Assembly: GCA_963823665.1 (NCBI GenBank)
Contig: CAWGMQ010000008.1
Span: 160,001 to 224,000 of the forward strand
Direction of reading: 5' to 3'
Length of the DNA stretch: 64,000 nucleotides
DNA from: an uncultured Planctomycetota bacterium
Lineage (GTDB): Bacteria > Planctomycetota > Planctomycetia > Isosphaerales > Isosphaeraceae
Shown piece by piece: positions 22,336 through 31,020 of this stretch. Every line of letters starts with the position of its first letter. Position 1 is the stretch's first letter. The notes beneath the pieces were generated by a model. That model searched no databases. It was not told the DNA's origin and saw nothing but the letters and a program-made list of their open reading frames with translations. The position numbers were made by a program, and so were the translations under genes.

Positions 22336-22732
22336 TCGAACACCCCTTTTCGCCACGCGTAGGCGAACGCCGCGCCCAGGATCGCGATGAAGACCATGAT
22401 CTCCCAGAAGACCAGCCCGCGAAAGACGGCCGGAATACCAGCCGCCGCAGCGCCTTGCACCACCGGTGCCCCCTCGCTCCACTGGGCCACGGCCCAGGGA
22501 TAGAGAAAAAGGAGCTCCACATCGAACAAAAGAAAAACGATCGCGACCAGGTAGAACCGGACGTCAAACCGCTGCCGCGCGTCCGTTGCGGGGTCCATCC
22601 CCGACTCGTAGGGCATCTGCTTCACGCGCGTCAGCCTCTTGGGCGCGAAAAGGCGCTGGCGACGATCATGCTCGCGGCAATGCCGCTTGCCACGATCAGC
22701 AACAGAAAGACTGGCGTGAATTCCAAACCCAT
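22326..22732 (-). CDS. nuoA: NADH-quinone oxidoreductase subunit A (one indel)
   Basis: [43 protein letters not shown] at 22732 gives [14 protein letters not shown]. Confidence 0.92.
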
Positions 22733-22772
22733 CGATCAATCGTTCCTCTACTGGAATTCCCTTTCGGACCAT

Positions 22773-22790
22773 TTGTGAAGTGTTTCACAA
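22773..22790. promoter_or_regulatory. Rex operator-like palindrome upstream of nuoA
   Basis: TTGTGAA-GTGT-TTCACAA matches the Rex consensus TTGTGAA-N4-TTCACAA, 40 bp upstream of the nuoA start. Confidence 0.8.
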
Positions 22791-23140
22791 AGTCCGGTCA
22801 AAAAAAACCCGGATCAGCTCCGGGATCAAGGGCGAATTAGCGGAACCACACTGAAAAAGCTCCCGTGCACAGACATACAGCACGAGCGGCGGTCTCGAAG
22901 TGCGTTCATTGTATGGAAGTAAAACTCACCGTCAACGAGCTAGTGATTTCGCCCTGGTTCAAAACACCGCGCCCGACCCTGGCCTGTTGAAAACTTGCAG
23001 AATAAGGAGCGGAGATTTCCCGCCGCGAATGTTGCGCGGAACTTCCCCCCCTTTAGATGGGGGGGCCAGGGTGGGGTTAACGGCGCCACCCGCCAGTGAT
23101 CCGACCGCTGCGCCGCTGATCCCCACCGCCTCCACCCCCC

Positions 23141-25254
23141 TCACGTCAAGGCCCCCGCACATCCTGCGATCCCATAACTTCCCCCGTCGCTCCCCCCGCA
23201 CCCGCCCCGCCGTTCGATACCCCCGAATTCAACCTCGCCAACCGCTCCCGCTCCCGCGCCTCTCTCTCCGCACGCGACCGAATCCACTCCCGCCGCCTGA
23301 TCTCCCTCCAAGCGTCCCACCGCTCGCGGTCCGTCAGCGGTCGTGCTTCCGGCTTGGTCGGACCCCCAACTCCGACCGCCTCCGGACCACCCGCCGGAAT
23401 TGGCTTCGTTTCCAAAAAAATTGGGTTCGTTTGACAAGCATCAAATCCCGAAACACCGCCGGATTTCGTCGGAACTTCAATAATCTCTTGATGTTGTGCT
23501 ATGCACACGTCATCACAAAAATTGGCTTCGTTTGGCGCGTTTTCACCGATTTGACTCTCGTCGCCGCCTGCGGCAACCCCTTCGTCCCGCCCCCGAACAG
23601 CAGCTTCCGCCAGTTGCTCCTGACTGACTTCGCTCACACCACCCGCGTTGAGATCCGTGTCGCAGGTCCCGGCTCCCTCAGATTCTGAACCCCCCGTTCC
23701 AGGATTCGGCACTTCGTCCCCCACCGCAGCCGCAGGCTCGGCTCCAAGATCGCTCTCACCCGCGATCGCGATGTACTTCTCGGGCAGATACCCCCCACAC
23801 GCAAGAACGTCCGATTCCTCAACCACGACCGACTCCCACCCGCGTCCCTTCTCATTCGAAGTAGCAGGCACACTCCGTGTGCCGTCCGCCTGAGTCTCAC
23901 GGCCGTTTTCAACTGCCGCGCCCGAAGTGCCATCCGCGATTGGCCCCCCGCTCCCACACTCACCCGCATCCGCCCCACCCTCCGCGTGTTCGGGGCGGGT
24001 CTCACCATGTTGGGCGCGGGTCTCACCATGTTGGGCGCGGGTTCTCACCATGTTGGGCGCGGGTCTCCAGACCCCGCCCTCCGCCCGACCGCAGGTCTCC
24101 CGCCCCTCCGCCCTCCGCCCTCCGTCCTGCCTTCCGCTCGCCCCCAACGTTCTCCCTCCACCAAGACCCCGGCCGCCCATCATAAGGGCTAATATCTTTC
24201 CCCGGCACCGGGGGCAAGGCTTCCCCATCGCTATCCGCCTTCCGCGCGCGTTTCTCCCTCCGAACCGCCACGAGTCCTCGCTCCAGCGAGCCCTTGTATT
24301 TCAGATACTCTCGGCGTAGCGCCACAGCCTTCGGGCTATTCTCGAACGCCTTGAGCGCCCGTATCCGTACAGCATCCTCGCCGGCATTCTGTTCGTGCTC
24401 CGCGGCAAGCTCCCGAATCCGCTCGATCTCGGTCTGCACCATGTCGATCAGGCTCTGCCTGGCCTTCTCCGGTTCATCTTTGCGCGATAGGTCGCGCCAC
24501 TTCACCTTGATGGCCTGCACATGGGCCTCGAGCACCGGTTCGCTCATATCGCTTTGTAGATCGTCAAACGGTTTGCCCACCGGCCGAATCGCATGACTTG
24601 CCGCGAAAACCTCCGCGACGCGCCGGTCTGCGATGCCGTCCACAGGATGCCGTCCCAGCAGCCGGATCATCCGCAACCGATCTCCCGCGGCCCAGAAATG
24701 CTTCTGCGCATTCTCCAGCAGTTCTTCCAGCACTCCGAGCATCCAGAAGCAACCGATCGCGCTCGATTCCAGTTTCCCCACGAGCTTCCCGGGCTCGAGC
24801 GCGGCGCAGTTTCGCTGCCCCACGACGGTCCCGCCGGTTTCCTGTTGTTAAAGCGACTCGTGCCATACAACGCCAGCGGCACCCCTCGCGGATCGGAGAA
24901 CAGAAAGTTCCCCGTGTCGTGTGCCTCTTCGATCTCGACATCCACCGCCTGATCGATCGCGCTCTGCGCTTGTTCGAAGTACGCGCGCTCCGCACGGTCC
25001 ATCTCCCCTGCCACGAACAAGTTCGCATGCACCAGAAATTCCTCGGAGTCGGTCTCCGGCGCATAAGTCCCGGCCCAGCGAAACAATCGCGATTCATACG
25101 CAATGCTCTCGTCCCGCCCGAGCTTCTCCTGCTCCGAGCGAATCGCGCGCTTCCGACTATTCATGGCCGAGCGCGCACGCCCGCGCGGCGAAGTCGGCCC
25201 GGTCGAACGCAAAGCATTGAGCCGATTCGCATTGATTTGTGCTTCAGAGGCCAT
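23141..25254 (-). CDS. Hypothetical protein with ANRxNAxxSTGP N-terminus and repeat-rich C-terminus, frameshifted
   Basis: MASEAQINANRLNALRSTGPTSPRGRARSAMN start, continued in the 24023-24823 and 23146-24228 frames, ending in NEANF/NEPNF motifs. Confidence 0.6.
23861..23890 (+). repeat. GTAG-type REP-like palindrome
   Basis: GTAG-CA-GGCACAC-TCC-GTGTGCC: GTAG tetranucleotide followed by a 7-bp hairpin. Confidence 0.6.
23995..24124. repeat. 21-bp tandem repeat merging into a REP-like hairpin and a heptamer repeat
   Basis: GCGGGTCTCACCATGTTGGGC x3 (third copy has one extra T), then GCGGGTCT-CC-AGACCCCGC and CCCTCCG x3. Confidence 0.85.
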
Positions 25255-25603
25255 ATCAGTGTGAATTCCTATTAAAATAAGCTTGAAAGCCTGGCTCGAA
25301 GTCCCGCGACCCCGAGAGTTTCATAAGTAGAAGTGAACGGAACTAATCGGATCCAGAGATGTAGGTCGCTGCCCATCGCGCCGACACCAGTGTCGGCAAT
25401 CGACTTTGAGCTACAGAGATTATGCGACGGGTTTCCTGAATTTGGCCATTTCGTCGACCAGGAAGTCTGGGATTTTTTTCACGTTGCAACGCATGCAACG
25501 ACCAATTCGAATAAAACCCCAAATTTGCGCACTGCGGTTTAAGGTCGAGATCGACGCCGAACCGATGTCCCCTGGCCCACGGGTGAAATGAATTGGGTTG
25601 GCG

Positions 25604-25817
25604 ATGCGCTGTACCACGCGTCCACCGATCCTGAGAATGAAACGGATCGACCACGGCCATCCGAACAGACAGATTCCCGAACCCGGTCTCACTCAGCCGC
25701 GAGCTAGAAGTCTCGCGCCGGGCAGTGGGCCGCGATGTCGAGTTCATGCGAGACCAGTTCACGGCCCAACGCCCGTATTCCGAGCGAAATGCGGATCAGT
25801 CTGTAAGACGAAGTTAG
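25604..25817 (+). pseudogene. Truncated N-terminal HTH of a WYL-domain (YafY-like) regulator
   Basis: With one frameshift reads RPPILRMKRIDH-AIRTDRFPNPVSLSRELEVSRRAVGRDVEFMRDQF, then stops; no WYL domain follows. Confidence 0.6.
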
Positions 25818-25970
25818 AATAGACGAAGGACACGCGTCCTACAGTGCTACCAGGGTAGACGCCCACGATGGCGCGAATTGAATCCGACTAGCGAGCTCAG
25901 TTCTCGTCGACCCCTGCGACGATCGCATCGGTGCGTCTGTTCGAGAGGTGAGGATGCGAATCTCTTGAGT

Positions 25971-26145
25971 CGGCAGACACACTAGGACCTGAACCTAGCG
26001 CGTCTGCCGTTCGGTAACGTTGGAAACACATTGCGGTGATGTTGATTTCCCTTTGAAAATAGGCGATTCCACAATCGCCCAGTCTGAGTGACATTGTAGT
26101 CGGGTTGGGCTCGCATGGCCAATGTTGTTACCAAAATGTTACCAA
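25971..26145 (-). other. att-like unit A: tRNA-Leu(CAG) D-loop/anticodon-arm fragment, conserved flank and paired direct repeats
   Basis: Minus strand GGCAGACGCGCTAGG-TTCAGGT-CCTAG; plus-strand TTGGAAACACATTGCGGTGAT (26020-26040); TGTTACCAA at 26126 and 26137. Confidence 0.7.
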
Positions 26146-26347
26146 ACTTAGACTCGCGGCCTACAGGCCCGTTTCCCGTCAGCCGGCAGCATCAAGCGAC
26201 AAGCCGCGTTCGGCCGCCGCTACCAAGAGCGCTACCATGCCGCTGGAGCGCGATCCCGATCTCGGGGCCGTTATGGAGGCGTGGCCAATGCTATCTGAGG
26301 CCGCCCGCTGCGCAATCATCGCGATGGTCAAGAACGCGACGAATTAG
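26105..26347 (+). CDS. Small hypothetical peptide with DPDLxxVxxAWPxL motif
   Basis: DPDLGAVMEAWPMLSEAARCAIIAMVK; similar motif at 28776-28973; start uncertain. Confidence 0.4.
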   Translation: MGSHGQCCYQNVTKLRLAAYRPVSRQPAASSDKPRSAAATKSATMPLERDPDLGAVMEAWPMLSEAARCAIIAMVKNATN

Positions 26348-26563
26348 AGAACCCGGGCGGAGCACGCTCGGATCAAGAGGCTCACTTCAACACGGTCGCC
26401 CCGCTCGACCGTGAGCCGGACCTGGTATTACGCGCGTTGCGCTTTGTGTTGTTACAAAAGTTGTAGAGGTGCCAGCCTCCCCAGCTCCGCACGGATTAAC
26501 GCGATCGCGCGCGCAGTTCGCACTCGCGCGCGAGACGCGGAACAAAGAATTGAGCGCAAGGCA

Positions 26564-26857
26564 TCAACTTCGGCCCTGGAAACTCCGAAAACGAACCAAG
26601 AATGCTGCGACAGGAACTAAGATCAGCAAGCAAATCACCATCGTCGAGTATGTCGGACTTTCGCCAACAGCGTGGACGAGGGTCTCCAGCATGCTCAAGA
26701 TGCCCTTGGCGACGAAACCCCACAGCGCGGCGATTACTCCGATTCGAAACAACTGAGTCCGCTGCCGTCGCGCAATTTGGTGGTCGTTTCGCATCCTTAA
26801 TGAAGACAACAGGTCACCAGACTTATGTTCATCGTCCTCCGGCATCGGGAATCTCAT
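26564..26857 (-). CDS. Small membrane protein
   Basis: Two hydrophobic segments (IGVIAALWGFVAKGILSML; MVICLLILVPVAAFLV). Confidence 0.45.
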   Translation of the reverse strand: MRFPMPEDDEHKSGDLLSSLRMRNDHQIARRQRTQLFRIGVIAALWGFVAKGILSMLETLVHAVGESPTYSTMVICLLILVPVAAFLVRFRSFQGRS

Positions 26858-27233
26858 CTCGTTGAACCCCTTGTGACATCCGCGAAGATTTGCGGCTGCC
26901 GATGAGGCTGGGCGCAGAATCGGCCCAGCAAGTGTTAGAATGGGCTGGTGATCGAAACACGTGCTTTTGAGCGCTGTCGGGAGCTAAGGCCAGGTCCCGC
27001 AGCAAAGGTTGATCTCGCGCCGCCCTGCCAGTTACGATTGTGACTATCGACTACAGACCGCGAAGGAGGCGCCCCAACATCGCTTCTCGTGGGTCAAGAG
27101 GAGAACGGTTCACTACATCAGTCAACTCCCAGTTCATTGGAACGGACACGGAATCAAGGGGCGCCCCTGGCACAACAATTATCCTGCTCGCTGAAACTTT
27201 ATGCGGATGCCCCCTAACAGTCAAATAACTTTT

Positions 27234-27268
27234 TATGCGACGAATATTTGGGGAATATTCGGCGCATA
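27234..27268. promoter_or_regulatory. Long inverted repeat, candidate operator
   Basis: TATGCG-A-CGAATATT-TGGGG-AATATTCG-G-CGCATA, 14 of 15 arm positions complementary, at the 5' end of the HTH-like gene. Confidence 0.6.
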
Positions 27269-28636
27269 TTCATCCCCTTGTGGCGCCAACGCCGTAGGCT
27301 CGATCAGATGCATGACCGGAAAAACCAGCAGAAGTGCGACTTCGTGTTAAAGAGCGAAGTTCTGATCCAGAGGGAGAAAGAACTTCATCACCGTGGGCGT
27401 AGCATCGACAAGAAAAGCCTGATAGCAGATCTTGGTTGTAGCCAGGGAACTCATTCGAAGAAAGTGCGCGGAAAGGCCCCATGTTCCGCAAAGGAGATCG
27501 ATACTTTCTATCGGGCTTATTTCGACGACCAAAAGGATGTTCGGACCGAGCTCGGCATCGGCGGCCCGATGGACTTGTGCCATCGCAAGCCTTGGCGCAA
27601 GGCCGCGCCCCGAGCCGGTCAACTCACGCGACAGACATCGGCTGAGGTGCGGGTCTCCCCCGAGTCCTCGTTTGACATCTTCGTACCGAAGGAGACAGTC
27701 AACACATCCCAGATGGAGGCAGCAGCGCACCGCGCCCTACAGAACCTGCCGAATCATCGAGAAATCGTGAAAACGAGCTACTATGGCACGATCGACGAAG
27801 TGCGAAACGCCCATTCGCATTGGGGAGTGATCCTTAGCGACCTGAGCTTGGCTAGTGAGCCGTGGATGTCGCTAAATGATCGGCGAACATTGCTATGCGA
27901 CCGTAGCTTGCTTGCCGCTGAAATGATCGGCATGCTCTTGACCCACTTTCGCCCGATCGAAAAACAGCACAGGAGATTTATCAACTGGCTACGAGATATT
28001 GCAGAGCAAGGTCGCGATGCGATAGAGCCCAAGAACCCGGTAAAGGCCATGGAGATAGAGCTTGGGCTGCTCCACGATCTCAACGACTCGGGCAACTTGG
28101 AGTGGTTCTCATTTCCCGACGAGTTCTTTGACGACGAAAGGCAAGCAGCGCAGATCGATGATTCACTAACAAGCGGGTGTAACAAGGCCGAATTGCGCGG
28201 CGTCAGTTGTATGTTCGAGTATCGATTCAGTAACATTCACCAATTCCTTCGACGCGCTCGCGCCTGCATGAAACGAGCCGACTTCGAATCGTGCGATCGA
28301 CTTGTAAAGACGTGCTGGGAAAAGATCGATCGAGACTCGCCGCCCCTAGCGACTGCAGAAATCTTGATGACGGAGAGTGATTGCCATGCCCTCCGGGGAT
28401 GCACTGGTGACGCTCTCGCACGACAGGAAACGGCGTTAGGAATTTACGGAGCTGACACCCCACAGTGGATAGCGTGCCGCCTTCGAGGGGCACAACTACG
28501 AGCGAGGTATCAAGGCGCCGACGAGTCGCGAGCCATTTCGCAGATATCCGAACAGGAGGGGCTTAGTGCGAGGATAATGCGTTCGGGCCTGCGGCATATG
28601 GCGCACTTCGACCTGGGGTTAATCCTTCCCTCGTAA
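27248..28636 (+). CDS. Hypothetical protein, possible Cro/XRE-like HTH N-terminus and helical TPR-like C-terminus (start possibly ATG 27308)
   Basis: 462-codon ORF; KSLIADLGCSQGTHSKKVRG resembles an HTH; C-terminal amphipathic helices. Confidence 0.6.
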   Translation: MGNIRRIFIPLWRQRRRLDQMHDRKNQQKCDFVLKSEVLIQREKELHHRGRSIDKKSLIADLGCSQGTHSKKVRGKAPCSAKEIDTFYRAYFDDQKDVRTELGIGGPMDLCHRKPWRKAAPRAGQLTRQTSAEVRVSPESSFDIFVPKETVNTSQMEAAAHRALQNLPNHREIVKTSYYGTIDEVRNAHSHWGVILSDLSLASEPWMSLNDRRTLLCDRSLLAAEMIGMLLTHFRPIEKQHRRFINWLRDIAEQGRDAIEPKNPVKAMEIELGLLHDLNDSGNLEWFSFPDEFFDDERQAAQIDDSLTSGCNKAELRGVSCMFEYRFSNIHQFLRRARACMKRADFESCDRLVKTCWEKIDRDSPPLATAEILMTESDCHALRGCTGDALARQETALGIYGADTPQWIACRLRGAQLRARYQGADESRAISQISEQEGLSARIMRSGLRHMAHFDLGLILPS

Positions 28637-28775
28637 ACACCGGGATCGTTCGCCGCCTTGGCCGAGAGCGTTTCGGCATTGGTGGGATGAAGCTCAAGGT
28701 GGTTTCGCAGGAGTTTCCACTCGCCGATGCTGGGCGCAAAGCCCACTGAGTTAAAGATGCGGCGACGATGCTCCA

Positions 28776-28973
28776 TTGACTCACGAGCGTCGCGGTCGAC
28801 CGACGCTTCCTAAAGCGACACCGATCTCCTTGGCGATCTACTCCGATCTCGCCGCTGTTGCGGAGGTTTGGCCAGTGTTGCCGAAGGCCGGCCACAACAG
28901 AGTCTTGGCGTTGATTAAGGTCTCGGAGTTGAAGAATTCGAGATTCGGAATCGTCAGCCAGCCTGCTGGCTAG
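28776..28973 (+). CDS. Small hypothetical peptide, second copy of the DLxxVxxxWPxL motif
   Basis: SDLAAVAEVWPVLPKAGHNRVLALIK. Confidence 0.35.
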   Translation: MTHERRGRPTLPKATPISLAIYSDLAAVAEVWPVLPKAGHNRVLALIKVSELKNSRFGIVSQPAG

Positions 28974-29388
28974 GACGGCTTTTGTCGGTGTGTCTCTCGG
29001 CGCATCGTGGCTATCAGCTAAGTAATCGAACTATTTGCGTCGATGAGTAGAACGTAAATCGCAAGCTATCAGATTGCAAACCAGAGAGCAGCCCATTCTA
29101 ACCGATGCGAGCAAAGAGTTTACGTCGAGCGATTTAGCTCGTTGCACTCCCTGTTGCACTGCATCCGTTGCTGATCCCCTCGCTGAGTTGGTCGGCAATC
29201 TCACGCCTGAGGAACGTCAGCGGCTACTCGAATTACTTACGATTTCCACTACCGATCGCTGAAAGTGCTCGGTCCTCACTCGAAAGCGCGCCGACTAAGC
29301 GATGTCGCCGCGAACTTTGTGAATCTCTAGAATGTCAACTGAGATTGGGATAGGGAGTCCCTGAACGCTGGGGTTTCACGAGGCCGGA

Positions 29389-30420
29389 ATGTTCCGAGAT
29401 GATGATCAATGTCCATGTGCGAGCGGCTCGCTCGTCCGAGACTGCTTGTGCAAGTACAGACGATTCGTGCCACGTCCCGTTTGCACTGAGCCACGTGGAT
29501 TGATCACGGGGATCAGCGTTGCTGGATGTTATGCCTCAGCAACTAGGAACTGCACGCCGCCACTCACCCGAGAGCACCTCATTTCAAGGACGGCGCTGAA
29601 TTACTTCGCCAAGGGTCGTCTCTCCGTCGGCGTGTCTAACCATCCCTGGCAGCGCCAAAAGGACTGGGTTCAAGGCGTGGGAATAAGCGGCATATCCGCC
29701 ACGGTGCTGTGCGCGAGGCATAATTCGGCACTTGGTGAGCTCGACGCCTGGGCCCGATCATTCATCGAAGCGTTGGATTTGTGGAGCGTCCACATACCCA
29801 GTGAGGCACCGGGTGACTTTCATCGCCTGTTCAGCGGCTATGACTTGGAAAGGTGGTTGCTTAAGGTCTTGTGCGCACATCTTGCGGGCGGACGTTGGCG
29901 TAGCTGGGCGGCTACCAGCACGTGGCGACCACCTCGCCTGTGGCTAGACATCCTCTTCTCGGGCGTGCCGTTCCCGCCCCGCTGTGGGCTATACCTACTC
30001 AGAACGCCTACCAAGTACTGGCGGCCGGAGAGCTCGATCTATATCCGTCCAGTCTTCGGAACGCGGTCGTTCTCGGACTCCCCCGGCCTGCCGATCATCT
30101 CACCGATGAGCGAGCAGGTACTCGTCGGCATCGAGATTAGCCTATTCGGGTTTCAAGTTCTTCTTTGCACGGTGCCGATTCGCACCGGGTTCCTGCCCAG
30201 GGAGGCACTCTACCGCCCACGGCTACATAGGCGGTTCGCGCTGCAAGGCCCTAAGCGCGAGTCAGCGATTCACCTCGGCTGGGACGAACATCCCCCGACA
30301 TTCGCCCGGCGAACTTATCCAGGTTTCAGAACCGATTCGCACACTTCACAGACAGACTCACCGGCCATGCAGCGAATTGAAGCTGCGGCTCGATCAAAGA
30401 AATGCACGATCCCACGCTGA
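29389..30420 (+). CDS. SEC-C motif plus HNH-like nuclease domain protein
   Basis: CPCASGSLVRDC at the N-terminus; CYA..NC..LTREHLI and LCARHNSALGELD. Confidence 0.65.
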   Translation: MFRDDDQCPCASGSLVRDCLCKYRRFVPRPVCTEPRGLITGISVAGCYASATRNCTPPLTREHLISRTALNYFAKGRLSVGVSNHPWQRQKDWVQGVGISGISATVLCARHNSALGELDAWARSFIEALDLWSVHIPSEAPGDFHRLFSGYDLERWLLKVLCAHLAGGRWRSWAATSTWRPPRLWLDILFSGVPFPPRCGLYLLRTPTKYWRPESSIYIRPVFGTRSFSDSPGLPIISPMSEQVLVGIEISLFGFQVLLCTVPIRTGFLPREALYRPRLHRRFALQGPKRESAIHLGWDEHPPTFARRTYPGFRTDSHTSQTDSPAMQRIEAAARSKKCTIPR

Positions 30421-30543
30421 TCGAGTATTCACGCATACTGACAGCCTGGCGTGACGGTCGGTAGGACGTGGGTTCGCTACGCGGGCACGGTCGTCGCTCA
30501 AACGTTGAAGGACACCTGCGGCGGGTCGCATTCGAAAACCCAG

Positions 30544-30721
30544 CCTCTTGCGAGGACCGGATTTTGAGTCCGGGACGTCTGCCATACTCGTGGTATTGGA
30601 AACACGTTGCGGTGATACTTAAAGTCTGCGCATCCAAGGCTCGCACGACGCCACCTTGGTGTTTTCGCATTGTGGCCGCATGGGGCTGACGTTGCCAATA
30701 CTGTTCCCAATTTGTTCCCAA
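30544..30721 (-). other. att-like unit B: tRNA-Leu(CAA) fragment (D-loop to variable arm), conserved flank and paired repeats
   Basis: Minus strand GGCAGACGTCCCGGA-CTCAAAA-TCCGG-TCCTCGCAAGAGG; TTGGAAACACGTTGCGGTGAT (30596-30616); TGTTCCCAA at 30702 and 30713. Confidence 0.8.
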
Positions 30722-31020
30722 CTCGCGCCCGAATAGAGGCCGGTAAAGGCTGGTCGGCGTGATCTGTTCCGCGCTGCTGAAGTTCACGACCGTGAAATTT
30801 CGGCGAAGCTGCTCGATGACACGCAGAATCTCGTGTCCATGGTCGCTCCGGCCGCTCATACTTAGTTTACTGTGCGACAACTTGTGGTTTGGGAGCTGAG
30901 TCATCGGGGGCACGCATATCCCTTCGCTGGCAGACGTGGCGCGACAGCGATATGATTCTAGGCCACGGATCTCGATCGATCCTTACGGGGCAAGTAGGGT
31001 GATCGCACGGGGATAACAAC

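Noticed and set aside
21304..22482. NuoB-NuoC fusion suggested by the 392-aa ORF
   Set aside because: Better explained by an indel near the nuoB end; another frame supplies a stop at 21623 and nuoC has its own ATG.
19253..22732. Pseudogenised or programmed-frameshift nuo genes
   Set aside because: All 14 genes keep their motifs with no sign of decay; scattered single-base indels point to sequencing error.
23995..24067. Mini-CRISPR
   Set aside because: Head-to-tail tandem repeat without unique spacers.
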